A DNA stretch of 34,721 nt from an uncultured bacterium (GTDB lineage Bacteria; Bacteroidota; Bacteroidia; Bacteroidales; JACABE01): contig CAIWDQ010000623.1 of assembly GCA_903911455.1 (NCBI GenBank), forward strand, positions 1 to 34,721, written 5' to 3'. Of the stretch, positions 1-8,779 are shown in pieces. Numbering within the stretch: the first letter of the stretch is position 1; every line of letters starts with the position of its first letter. The notes beneath the pieces were generated by a model. The model had not been told where the DNA came from and searched no databases. It was given only the letters and a program-made list of their open reading frames with translations. A program made the translations under genes and the position numbers.

Positions 1-517
1 CTTCAACTTGTGCTTTTAACAACGTTTTATCAGATTGTTTTGTGGTAATTTCACTTTGTTTTAGTATTAAATCAGCTTTGATGGCTGCCAATTTAACATC
101 TGAGCCACATGCTAACAGGAAACGTCTTACATTTCCCAATTTAACAGATATGCCACCTCTAAACATATCAGAAATATTCATAAAGAATAACTCCTTATAT
201 TTATCAGTTTCGGGCTTATATATTCCCACTATAGTTTGTTGATATCCTGTAAATACCGAATTCAAACCTTTTTCCAATACATCAAAAGCTGCATTCATTA
301 ATTTTAAATCTCCTTCACCTTTATCAAATTTAGTTTTATCAACCATAAAAGTATCGTAAAGTGGATGTGTAGCTGTCCACATTGCCAAAATTTTGGGGTC
401 AACTAGTTTGTTGGCATTTAAAGCCTCCACATGAAATGCTCCATCAGTAGCTGTAGTTTCTAATGGTGCAGGAGGAATGGTGGCGAAAATTTCATTGAAA
501 ATTGGTAATCCTTCCAT
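1..517 (-). CDS. Hypothetical, probably alpha-helical protein, truncated by the window edge (absent from the ORF track)
   Basis: Manual translation from ATG at 517 reads MEGLPIFNEIFATIPPAPLETTATDGAFHVEALNANKLVDPKILAMWTATHPLYDTF...KQSDKTLLKAQVE with no stop before base 1 (172 codons). A TATATTTG box lies on the minus strand at 590-597. Confidence 0.8.
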   Translation of the reverse strand, partial: MEGLPIFNEIFATIPPAPLETTATDGAFHVEALNANKLVDPKILAMWTATHPLYDTFMVDKTKFDKGEGDLKLMNAAFDVLEKGLNSVFTGYQQTIVGIYKPETDKYKELFFMNISDMFRGGISVKLGNVRRFLLACGSDVKLAAIKADLILKQSEITTKQSDKTLLKAQVE

Positions 518-589
518 AATTATGTTGTGTTAATTTTGTGTGTAATTTGAAATTTAAAAAATGTTTAACTATCAATTTAAATAATTTTG

Positions 590-597
590 CAAATATA
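590..597 (-). promoter_or_regulatory. Bacteroidota -7 promoter box (TAnnTTTG)
   Basis: CAAATATA on plus = TATATTTG on minus, about 70 bp upstream of the ATG at 517. Confidence 0.55.
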
Positions 598-957
598 ATA
601 AAAAATTAATTCATATGCAAACGAACTATTTTTTTAAAAATAATTTTAAAATTATTATTAACAACAGATAATGGTTATCTTTAACACTATACTGATTTAA
701 TTTGTGCTAATTTTTAGTTTATTTATTTTTATTATTCCTTGTTTAACGAATATTTATCGATTTTTAGGACAGAAATACCCTCCTTTTTTATTGATTTTAT
801 ATAAATTTATTTTTCAGAATTCATAATTTTAAGGTTAATTACTAAACTGAAAAATAAAAGTGGCAATAATGTGTTTCAATGTGGACATTTTATTTTTTCA
901 GATGCATAAATGAAGACTTAAAATTGCCAAAAAATATTTTTATTTATGAAAAAAGGC

Positions 958-1167
958 ATTGTAATACGTCATCTGCATTTTACAAAAGCATAGATACAAT
1001 GACTTTTTCGTGTTTATAAATTAATATTTGTCCAAAACCTGACAAAATGTCAGGTTTTTATTTTGAATTTGACCACATTTTAATACAAAATAACCTTTTG
1101 TAAAAAAAATATGGCGTACTTTTGATTGTACTAAGCCATTTGTAAAATGCAGATGGCGTATTACAAT
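958..1167. repeat. 29-bp inverted repeat pair with 152-bp spacer
   Basis: ATTGTAATACGTCATCTGCATTTTACAAA (958-986) versus TTTGTAAAATGCAGATGGCGTATTACAAT (1139-1167); 28/29 complementary. Confidence 0.9.
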
Positions 1168-1254
1168 TACCACTAAGCTAGTTAAAAACATGAAATGACG
1201 CGTTTTAACGATTTTTGCCTATTTTCACAAATAAGTTTTTGACAAAATGTCAGG
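1034..1254. repeat. Duplicated TGACA-AAA-TGTCA palindrome (operator- or REP-like)
   Basis: TGACAAAATGTCAGG at 1040-1054 and 1240-1254. The first copy extends to the dyad AAAACCTGACA-AAA-TGTCAGGTTTT (1034-1058). Confidence 0.75.
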
Positions 1255-1295
1255 GTTTTTGGATGCAGGAAAAATGGGGTGATAAAAATGTTTTT

Positions 1296-1323
1296 GTAGG
1301 GACATTCCATGGAATTTATTTAC
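1296..1323. repeat. Degenerate GTAG-type REP palindrome
   Basis: GTAGGGACATTCCATGGAAT matches 19 of the first 20 nt of the intact palindrome at 21493-21520; the right arm is decayed. Confidence 0.65.
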
Positions 1324-1514
1324 GAAAGAAATCATTTTATTTTGGTAAGATTGGGATTATTTTGTGTAATTTTGTTGGGTGATTTGGATAAGTTTAAATA
1401 ATAGAATAATAACCTTTTATTTATTATTGTGATTTTACATTATTTTTACAATGATTATTAACTTAAATCCATAAAACACAAATTGTAAATACTATTTACG
1501 TTAAAATATGAACT

Positions 1515-1921
1515 ATGGATTTTAGTGAACTTAATGGTAATGAATGGGGATTAATTCAAATAATCCGAGCTTTTGATTTTTTATATGATAATCATTATGA
1601 CGGAAAAGAATTTACTTATAGAGTAAGAGGTAATCCATCTATAACGTTTTATAATTATAGAATAAATCAAACAATTAGTGTAATTGGTGATGAAAGTCAA
1701 TCCTGGTCAGTTGTTATACAAAGAAAAAAAAATTTCATATGTACAAAAAGTCTTTTGTTTTTGATATTAGTGATTATTATAGTTGTTTTGATTGTAGTTT
1801 GTTAAAAGGAAGAAATTATACTTTACAAACACAAGCAAAATTTATCCAACAATTTTTAATGCCTGTAATAACTGGAGAGATATGGATTGAGGAGTTGATT
1901 AAAAAAAATATTAATCATTAA
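1515..1921 (+). pseudogene. Orphan hypothetical gene split by a frameshift at an A9 tract
   Basis: ORFs 1515-1805 and 1739-1921 overlap. One extra A in the run at 1724-1732 fuses them into a 135-aa frame (...VVIQRKKKFHMYKKSFVFD...KKNINH). Confidence 0.6.
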
Positions 1922-1987
1922 AACTTTAAAAGAAATAATCTTTTTTCTAAAGAAATACTTTATCAATAATAAAATCATAAAAACTGT

Positions 1988-2297
1988 GGGCTGAAGCCCG
2001 AGGGGTGTTTTGCCATTCTACCCTAGCTTGAAGGCTAGGTCTAACACATAAAATGCAATCCTAAAAATAAATTATTCATACCTATTATATATAATAGCAT
2101 TCTTAATATCTATTATCCCCAGCATTTATGCCGGGGGTTGAATACTAATATAATCTTACCGCAATTCCCTTCGACAGGCTCAGGGGCCCTTTTTGTAGTG
2201 TGTCATTTGATTTCGGTCCTTGAGCTTGTCGAAAGGACAAAATGCTGATTCGTGCTTTGGATTGCTTCTTAACAATATAATTTGGGGCTATAAGCCA
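1988..2297. repeat. Cluster of short GC-rich REP-like hairpins
   Basis: GGGCTGAAGCCC (1988-1999), CCTAGC-TTGAAG-GCTAGG (2022-2039), CCCCAGCAT-TT-ATGCCGGGG (2117-2136) and GGCT-ATA-AGCC (2286-2296), all in very AT-rich surroundings. Confidence 0.6.
2166..2237. repeat. 23-bp inverted repeat of the TTCGACA(A/G)GCTCA family
   Basis: TCCCTTCGACAGGCTCAGGGGCC (2166-2188) and GGTCCTTGAGCTTGTCGAAAGGA (2215-2237); 4 mismatches, 3 of them G-U compatible on the plus strand. Confidence 0.75.
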
Positions 2298-2332
2298 CAT
2301 GTCATATTATTATTATAAATAAAACCATTATG

Positions 2333-2437
2333 CATCCTGTCAGGTTTTTCATCCTGACAGGTTTTAAACTTAAAAATGAAACAAATTTCTTACTTTTTGT
2401 TATTTATACCTGACAGGATTGGAAACCTGTCAGGATG
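2333..2437. repeat. Inverted doublet of CCTG(T/A)CAGG palindromes (REPIN-like)
   Basis: CATCCTGTCAGGTTTTTCATCCTGACAGGT (2333-2362) and ACCTGACAGGATTGGAAACCTGTCAGGATG (2408-2437). Each is a hairpin, and the two are inverted relative to each other. Confidence 0.8.
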
Positions 2438-2464
2438 TACACTTTCGATTATTACAAAAATAAC

Positions 2465-2917
2465 TTACTCCTTATCCTTTGTATCTATGTAAATAGTCAC
2501 CGGACCGTCGTTTGTGAGCGAAACTTTCATGTCGGCACCAAAAATACCCGAATGGATGGCTCTTACTAATTCAAAATGGATTTGTTGTTTAAACTTTTCA
2601 TATAATGGTTTTGCTTTATCGGGGTGTGCAGCCTTTAAATACGAAGGACGACTTCCTTTTTTGGTGGATGCATGCAACGTAAACTGACTTATCAATAAAA
2701 TATCTCCTTTTACTTCTTCAATTGAGAGATTCATTACTTTGTCGGCATCGTTAAAGATGCGTAGCTTGCAAATTTTGTTACTCAACCACTCAATATCTTC
2801 TTTTGTATCGGTGTCTTCGATTCCTAATAACACCACCAAACCAAGATTTATTGAATCGTGTATTTTGCCATCTATCGTTACCGAAGCTTCGCTGACTCTT
2901 TGTATAACTGCTCGCAT
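2465..2917 (-). CDS. dtd: D-aminoacyl-tRNA deacylase
   Basis: MRAVIQRVSEASV, SQFTL and NDGPVT motifs; 150 aa. Confidence 0.97.
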   Translation of the reverse strand: MRAVIQRVSEASVTIDGKIHDSINLGLVVLLGIEDTDTKEDIEWLSNKICKLRIFNDADKVMNLSIEEVKGDILLISQFTLHASTKKGSRPSYLKAAHPDKAKPLYEKFKQQIHFELVRAIHSGIFGADMKVSLTNDGPVTIYIDTKDKE

Positions 2918-3030
2918 CTTTTTATTTCATTAAATTAATATTCTGCAAAAGTAACTAAATAGTTGTTATAACCACTTAACATTAAATTAATATAGCTTTC
3001 GCAGAAATTGGTGAAATTTAACCTTGTATT

Positions 3031-3080
3031 TAAATACTCTAAGTACTCAAAGCACTCAAGTCACTCTAAGTACTTTTCTT
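3031..3080. repeat. 9-10-bp mini-repeat tract (TACTCTAAG / CACTCAAG)
   Basis: TAAATACTCTAAGTACTCAAAGCACTCAAGTCACTCTAAGTACTTTTCTT. Its reverse complement resembles 8217-8256. Confidence 0.75.
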
Positions 3081-3143
3081 ATCCTTATATTAAATCTTTG
3101 TTAACTTTCAACATTTTAATTCCAAGTATTCATAAAATTAGTT

Positions 3144-3151
3144 TACTTTTG
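3144..3151 (+). promoter_or_regulatory. Bacteroidota -7 box for the two-component operon
   Basis: TACTTTTG 33 bp before ATG 3185. A divergent TACTTTTG for dtd lies on minus at 2946-2953. Confidence 0.6.
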
Positions 3152-3184
3152 TGCAATAATTAAAGGCATACAAATATTAATAAT

Positions 3185-3868
3185 ATGAAAGAGGAAGTTT
3201 TTAGCATACTGCTTGTAGACGACGAACCGGATATTTTAGAATTTCTGGGTTACAATCTTCGTAAAGAAGGCTACATCGTATATACTGCCGAGAACGGTAA
3301 GGATGCGATAAAGATAGCCACGCAAATTTTGCCGCAGTTAATTATATTAGATGTGATGATGCCTGTAATGGATGGCATTGAAACTTGCGCCGAACTAAAG
3401 AAAATTCCTAAACTAGAGAATACTTTAATCGTCTTTTTAACTGCCCGCGGAGAAGATTACTCTCAAATAGCCGGCTTTGAGGCAGGCGCAGATGATTATA
3501 TCACCAAACCTATCAAACCTAAGATAATTGTAAGTCGCATAAAGGCATTATTGCGCAGATATAAGGATGATGATGCTAAAAGTACTGCAGTTGAACTGAT
3601 AGATATAACAATTGATAGAGAAAGATACGTAGTTGTGAAGGATGGTCAGGAATATTCACTTCCCAAAAAGGAGTTTGAACTGCTTTTATTCCTTGCTTCA
3701 AAACCCAATAAGGTGTTTACCCGTACAGATATCTTTTCGGAAGTTTGGGGAAACGATGTTATTGTAGGAGACAGGACAATTGATGTTCACGTGCGCAAAA
3801 TCAGGGAGAAATTAGGGATAGAAAATATAAAAACCATCAAAGGAGTTGGCTATAAATACGAACAATAA
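3185..3868 (+). CDS. OmpR/PhoB-family DNA-binding response regulator (PhoB/PhoP-like)
   Basis: Receiver motifs LLVDDE, LDVMMP and GADDYITKP; winged-helix motif RTIDVHVRKIREK...GVGYK. Confidence 0.95.
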   Translation: MKEEVFSILLVDDEPDILEFLGYNLRKEGYIVYTAENGKDAIKIATQILPQLIILDVMMPVMDGIETCAELKKIPKLENTLIVFLTARGEDYSQIAGFEAGADDYITKPIKPKIIVSRIKALLRRYKDDDAKSTAVELIDITIDRERYVVVKDGQEYSLPKKEFELLLFLASKPNKVFTRTDIFSEVWGNDVIVGDRTIDVHVRKIREKLGIENIKTIKGVGYKYEQ

Positions 3869-4918
3869 ATGACTAATTCCTATCCTAAGAAAATAGCTTT
3901 CAATATTTCGTTATTGATAACGGGTATATTCGTAATAATATACCTAAGTTTATCATTAGCCTTTGATATCTTCAGAATAATCCCTTTTATTGTTCTTCCG
4001 ATTGTATTGTTTTTTGCCGTTTTTTATGTAGTTAGTTTTGTATTAAAGAAGTTTATTTATGAAAAGATACGTATCATCTATAAAACGATTCATAATATTA
4101 AAGGAACCGAGAAATATGTAAAAGAAGAGTTGGGTAAAGATAAGAATCTATTGGAAAACGTAAATCAGGAAGTGCTTAATTGGGTTTCGGATCGCCGTAA
4201 GGAAATAGAAGAATTAAAGAAATTAGAGATTTATCGCAGAGAATTTATTGGGAATGTTTCGCACGAATTAAAAACACCTATATTTAATATACAAGGTTAC
4301 ATACTTACCCTGCTTGATGGAGGTCTTGAAGATCCAACTATCAACAAAGAATATCTTTTGCGTACCGAGAAAAGTATCAACCGCATGATTTCTATCGTTA
4401 ACGATTTGGAAGCAATCTCGCAACTGGAATCCGGCGAACTTAAACTGGAGTTCTCAAAGTTTGATATCATTGCTTTGGTTAAAGAAGTAATAGAGTTTTT
4501 AGAGATTAAAGCAAAAAAGAGAAATGTTAAGCTTAATTTAAATCAGGGAAGCGATAAATACCTAATGGTTTACGCCGATAAAAAACGCATACGACAGGTA
4601 TTGACTAATCTTCTTGAAAACTCAATTAAATATTCGGGAGAAAAGGAACAAGCTACCAAGATTAGTTTCTTTGATATGGATGAGGTGATGCTTATTGAGG
4701 TTGCGGATAATGGCGTTGGCATAGCCGATAAGGATATTCCCCGTTTGTTTGAAAGATTCTTCCGAACTGATAAAAGCAGATCGCGTGAGCAAGGTGGAAC
4801 CGGCTTAGGTTTGTCAATTGTTAAGCATATTATAGAAGCCCACAACCAAACTATCAACGTAAGAAGCGCCCTCGGAATCGGAACAACCTTTGGTTTTACA
4901 CTAAAGAAAGGGGAATAA
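3869..4918 (+). CDS. Sensor histidine kinase (PhoR-like), two N-terminal TM helices
   Basis: H-box NVSHELKTP, N-box NLLENSIKY, G-boxes DNGVG and GGTGLGL; ATG directly follows the regulator stop codon. Confidence 0.95.
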   Translation: MTNSYPKKIAFNISLLITGIFVIIYLSLSLAFDIFRIIPFIVLPIVLFFAVFYVVSFVLKKFIYEKIRIIYKTIHNIKGTEKYVKEELGKDKNLLENVNQEVLNWVSDRRKEIEELKKLEIYRREFIGNVSHELKTPIFNIQGYILTLLDGGLEDPTINKEYLLRTEKSINRMISIVNDLEAISQLESGELKLEFSKFDIIALVKEVIEFLEIKAKKRNVKLNLNQGSDKYLMVYADKKRIRQVLTNLLENSIKYSGEKEQATKISFFDMDEVMLIEVADNGVGIADKDIPRLFERFFRTDKSRSREQGGTGLGLSIVKHIIEAHNQTINVRSALGIGTTFGFTLKKGE

Positions 4919-4944
4919 AAACGATTTTCTTTATAAATAAGAAA

Positions 4945-5679
4945 TTATTGCTTTACAGCGAATGCTATCTCTTTGATAAGTCCGCTTTCTTTCTCAAAAG
5001 CATTACCAATCACTACTAAATCTGCTCCATTTTGACAATGTTCAAATGCTTTTTCAGGAGTTTTGATTCCACCTCCAACAATTAAAGGTACATTTATGTT
5101 ACTTTGAACACTTTTTATCATTGAGGCAGAAACAGGATTCAAAGCGCCACTACCTGCATCCATATAAATAAGTTTTAAACCCAACATTTCGCCAGCCATT
5201 GCAGTACAAACAGCTATCTCGTCCTTATCTGAAGGAATAGGTTGCGAATTGCTCATATAAAGTACCGTAGTTGCCTTGCCACTTTCAATTAACATATATC
5301 CTGTTGGGATAATTTCCAGCTTACTATCCCTTAAATAAGGTGCAGATACCACATGTTTGCCAATAAGCATCTCAGGATTTCTTCCGGATATCAAAGATAA
5401 TAGTAGAATTGCATCAGCGTTAGAATTAATTTGCATAGAACTGCCCGGAAATATAACTACAGGAATATTACTATGTTGTTTTAATAGCAAAATACACTTC
5501 CCCAGATGATCATTTGTTAATAAACTGCCACCAACAAAGAAATAATCAACCTTAGCATCGTTAGATATTGAAGCTATTCGTTCAATTTCTTCGGGTATTG
5601 CTTTATCAGGATCAATTAATACAGCAAATTGTTTCAAGCCTTTAGCTTTCTTTTCCAGGATTGTAGTATAGACATTCAT
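4945..5679 (-). CDS. Geranylgeranylglyceryl/heptaprenylglyceryl phosphate synthase (GGGP/PcrB family)
   Basis: LIDPDK, FVGGS, FPG, SLISGRNP, YMDAGSGA and VGGGI motifs. Confidence 0.93.
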   Translation of the reverse strand: MNVYTTILEKKAKGLKQFAVLIDPDKAIPEEIERIASISNDAKVDYFFVGGSLLTNDHLGKCILLLKQHSNIPVVIFPGSSMQINSNADAILLLSLISGRNPEMLIGKHVVSAPYLRDSKLEIIPTGYMLIESGKATTVLYMSNSQPIPSDKDEIAVCTAMAGEMLGLKLIYMDAGSGALNPVSASMIKSVQSNINVPLIVGGGIKTPEKAFEHCQNGADLVVIGNAFEKESGLIKEIAFAVKQ

Positions 5680-5735
5680 GAAGTTGATATTTTTGACAAA
5701 TATACAATTAATAACAGTATTAATCTTAAATATGT

Positions 5736-6629
5736 TTAGATTTTTTTAATGAATTTAAAAGAACTTTGCTGAATAGCTATCCCGCCAAGGATAAAAACTA
5801 ATCCCGCCAAGGTATAAATTGCTATCGTTTCCTTTATTATTAAATGGATAAATAGTAATGATAAGAAAGGGGAGAGGAATATTAACTGACTAACCTTATC
5901 TGTAGAAGCAGTATACTTTAAAGCTAATAGCCAGAACACAAAAGTTACGCTCATTTCTAATATCCCAACATAAACTATTGCAGGTATTGCTTCCGGATTT
6001 AGACTTGTAAATCCCGTTAAGGCAATCATTAAAATACCTGAACATATTGTTCCCGCAAGGAAGTTTAAAAACAGCTTAATAACCTCATCTTTCTTATCCT
6101 TTACATTATAAATCCAGAACAAAGCCCAGATGATAGAACTCCCAACCGCTAAAGTATCGCCAAATACATTACTCAGACTTAAATTTATGATGTTTCCTTT
6201 AGTTGTAATGATGATTATACCTGTAAAACTCACAAATATTGCCACCATACTCTTGATGGTAAGTTTTTGTTTTAACAATGGTATTGATAACAGCACCAGC
6301 ATAACCGGCCAGGTGTAGTTTAAAGTCATGGCTTCCTGTGCAGGCAAAATGGAATAGGCTTTAAATAAGATGGTATAGTACAAAAACGGATTCAATATCC
6401 CTAATGTTAAAGAGTATGCGGCAGTTTTTCTTTCTATTTTAATTAACTGAGAAGTTTTCTTCTGTATAATTAAAATAATAAACAACATTATGGTAGAGAT
6501 AAACGAAGTATAGAATAATAATTGAATAAAAGTGCAATTTTGTAAAGCAATTTTAAAAGCAGTAGCTACAGTTGACCAGCACAAAACTGCCATTAATGCA
6601 AATATATACGCTTTCTTTTGGTTATGCAT
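5736..6629 (-). CDS. DMT/EamA-family transporter
   Basis: About 10 hydrophobic helices in two repeats, NYTWP motif; 297 aa. Confidence 0.9.
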   Translation of the reverse strand: MHNQKKAYIFALMAVLCWSTVATAFKIALQNCTFIQLLFYTSFISTIMLFIILIIQKKTSQLIKIERKTAAYSLTLGILNPFLYYTILFKAYSILPAQEAMTLNYTWPVMLVLLSIPLLKQKLTIKSMVAIFVSFTGIIIITTKGNIINLSLSNVFGDTLAVGSSIIWALFWIYNVKDKKDEVIKLFLNFLAGTICSGILMIALTGFTSLNPEAIPAIVYVGILEMSVTFVFWLLALKYTASTDKVSQLIFLSPFLSLLFIHLIIKETIAIYTLAGLVFILGGIAIQQSSFKFIKKI

Positions 6630-6740
6630 CTGTGTTTTTTAAGTCATTTTAATAATAGTTTTCAAAAGTACTAATTTAAACTTTTGTTATTTGCTTATTT
6701 TAGATTAATTTTGCAGAAAATTTATTAACACAATAATAAA

Positions 6741-8150
6741 ATGACAGATTCTAATCTAACATACAAAGTAGCTGACATTAAATTAGCGGATTGGGGCAGA
6801 AAAGAAATAGAAATTGCCGAGAAAGAGATGCCGGGTTTGATGTCTTTAAGAAAGAAATATGGTGCTGAGAAACCATTAAAGGGTGCCAGAATTACCGGTT
6901 CTCTTCACATGACGATTCAAACTGCAGTCTTAATTGAAACATTGACAGAATTAGGTGCTGATGTTCGTTGGGCAAGTTGTAATATCTTTTCAACTCAGGA
7001 TCATGCAGCAGCAGCGATTGCAGCAGCAGGTATTCCTGTGTTTGCCTGGAAAGGTGAAACTCTTGAAGAGTATTGGTGGTGCACTAATCAGGCATTAGCT
7101 TTTCCTGGCGGCAAAGGTCCTAACTTGATTGTGGACGATGGTGGCGATGCTACCCTCTTTATTCACATTGGTTTCAAGGCTGAGAAAGATGCAAGTGTTT
7201 TAGATAAAACTCCTGAGAGCAGAGAAGAAGGAATTATTTTAAATGCATTAAAAGATATCTTAAAAGAAGATAATCAAAGATGGACTAAGGTAGTTGCTGA
7301 GCTTAAAGGTGTTTCTGAAGAAACTACAACAGGTGTTCATCGTCTGTACCAGATGATGGAAAAGGGTGAATTATTGATCCCTGCTATCAATGTTAACGAT
7401 TCAGTTACTAAATCTAAGTTTGATAACCTTTACGGATGTCGCGAATCTTTGGCTGACGGTATTAAACGTGCTACAGATGTTATGATTGCCGGCAAAGTTG
7501 TTATCGTTTTAGGTTATGGTGATGTTGGTAAGGGTTGTGCACATTCAATGCGCTCTTACGGTGCCAGAGTTATCGTTACCGAGATTGATCCTATCTGTGC
7601 TTTACAAGCTGCAATGGAAGGTTTTGAAGTAAATACCATGAACGATGCAGTTACCGAAGGTAATATATTTGTAACTACTACAGGTAATAAAGATGTAATC
7701 ACTGTTGAGCACATGGCTCGCATGAAAGATCAGGCAATTGTATGTAATATTGGCCATTTTGACAACGAAATTCAAGTTGATTTGCTTAATGAATTTCCTG
7801 GTATTAATATGATCAATATCAAACCTCAGGTTGATAAGTATATTTTCCCTGACGGACATGCTATCTTCATGTTAGCTGAAGGTCGTTTGGTTAATTTAGG
7901 TTGTGCTACAGGTCATCCTTCTTTTGTAATGAGTAATTCTTTCACAAATCAGACCTTAGCTCAGTTAGATCTTTGGAAAAACAAGTTTGAAATTGGTGTT
8001 TATCGTCTTTCAAAACAATTAGACGAAGAAGTTGCTCGTTTACATTTAGAAAATATAGGTGTAAAGCTAACTAAACTTACTCCCGAACAGGCTGCTTACA
8101 TCAGCGTACCTGTTGAAGGACCATACAAAGCGGATCACTACCGTTACTAG
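6741..8150 (+). CDS. ahcY: Adenosylhomocysteinase
   Basis: [34 protein letters not shown] and GYGDVGKG motifs; TAATTTTG box at 6706-6713. Confidence 0.98.
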   Translation: MTDSNLTYKVADIKLADWGRKEIEIAEKEMPGLMSLRKKYGAEKPLKGARITGSLHMTIQTAVLIETLTELGADVRWASCNIFSTQDHAAAAIAAAGIPVFAWKGETLEEYWWCTNQALAFPGGKGPNLIVDDGGDATLFIHIGFKAEKDASVLDKTPESREEGIILNALKDILKEDNQRWTKVVAELKGVSEETTTGVHRLYQMMEKGELLIPAINVNDSVTKSKFDNLYGCRESLADGIKRATDVMIAGKVVIVLGYGDVGKGCAHSMRSYGARVIVTEIDPICALQAAMEGFEVNTMNDAVTEGNIFVTTTGNKDVITVEHMARMKDQAIVCNIGHFDNEIQVDLLNEFPGINMINIKPQVDKYIFPDGHAIFMLAEGRLVNLGCATGHPSFVMSNSFTNQTLAQLDLWKNKFEIGVYRLSKQLDEEVARLHLENIGVKLTKLTPEQAAYISVPVEGPYKADHYRY

Positions 8151-8153
8151 AAG

Positions 8154-8279
8154 AAGAAAGTGCCTTGAGTACTTGGATTGCCTTGAGTACTTAGAGTTAT
8201 AAAGGCAATTAATAATAAGAAAGTGTCTTGAGTACTTGGATTACTTAGAGTATTTAGAGTTGAAAAGGCATTAAATAAT
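8154..8279. repeat. 63-bp tandem duplication built from 9-10-bp GAGTACTT mini-repeats
   Basis: AAGAAAGTGCCTTGAGTACTTGGATT...AAAGGCA starts at 8154; AAGAAAGTGTCTTGAGTACTTGGATT...AAAGGCA starts at 8217. Confidence 0.8.
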
Positions 8280-8282
8280 ATT

Positions 8283-8314
8283 AAAGCTCTGTCATTTACT
8301 TGGCAGAGCTTTTT
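8283..8314 (+). terminator. Rho-independent terminator of ahcY
   Basis: AAAGCTCTGTCA-TTTACT-TGGCAGAGCTTT followed by a T run. Confidence 0.8.
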
Positions 8315-8503
8315 GTTTTAGTATGAATATGTATTAATTCATCATTTTCTTAAATACTCTAAGTACTCTAAGTATTATAAATACTCTATGAACTTTTTCT
8401 ATCTTCTTTTTTATCTTAAATTAAATTACATTTATTAATAAGATAAGAAAGAACAGAATAAGAAAGACAATAATTTCCCTTTCGGGGAAAGAATAATTAT
8501 GTT

Positions 8504-8536
8504 AGACCTAACAGGTTTCCAAAACCTGATAGGTCT
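8504..8536. repeat. REP-like palindrome of the CAGGTTT/AAACCTG family
   Basis: AGACCTAACAGGTTT-CCA-AAACCTGATAGGTCT; shares its core with 2333-2437 and 1034-1058. Confidence 0.8.
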
Positions 8537-8599
8537 TAATCATTCAAATCACAATTATATTTATATCTGCGAAAGCATTCTTAATAACATTGGGCATTT

Positions 8600-8646
8600 C
8601 CTGCCTGCCGGTAAGCAAGGTAGGCACTTAAAGTACTTTAGGCACT
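8600..8646. repeat. Degenerate CCTGCCTGCCGG palindrome followed by GCACTT mini-repeats
   Basis: CCTGCCTGCCGGTAAGCAAGG (8600-8620), then GGCACTTAAAGTACTTTAGGCACT (8623-8646). Confidence 0.6.
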
Positions 8647-8779
8647 CTTTGTTTTAGTATGATTTATTATTTATAACAAGAGGAAATGGATAATTTATTT
8701 CTAAAATAAATAATTTTAGATGGCAATTTTATCAATACAATTTCCATTAATAAAGACTCAGATTTCAAATTAGGCAGTC

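Noticed and set aside
42-242. 66-aa plus-strand ORF
   Set aside because: Antisense shadow of the longer minus-strand frame 517 to 1.
1112-1126. Sigma-54 promoter TGGCGTACTTTTGAT
   Set aside because: The -24/-12 spacing is off by one and the -12 GC is absent; it fits TAnnTTTG better.
6630-6740. SAH/SAM riboswitch before ahcY
   Set aside because: Only about 27 nt lie between the -7 box and the ATG, and the region is AT-rich and unstructured.
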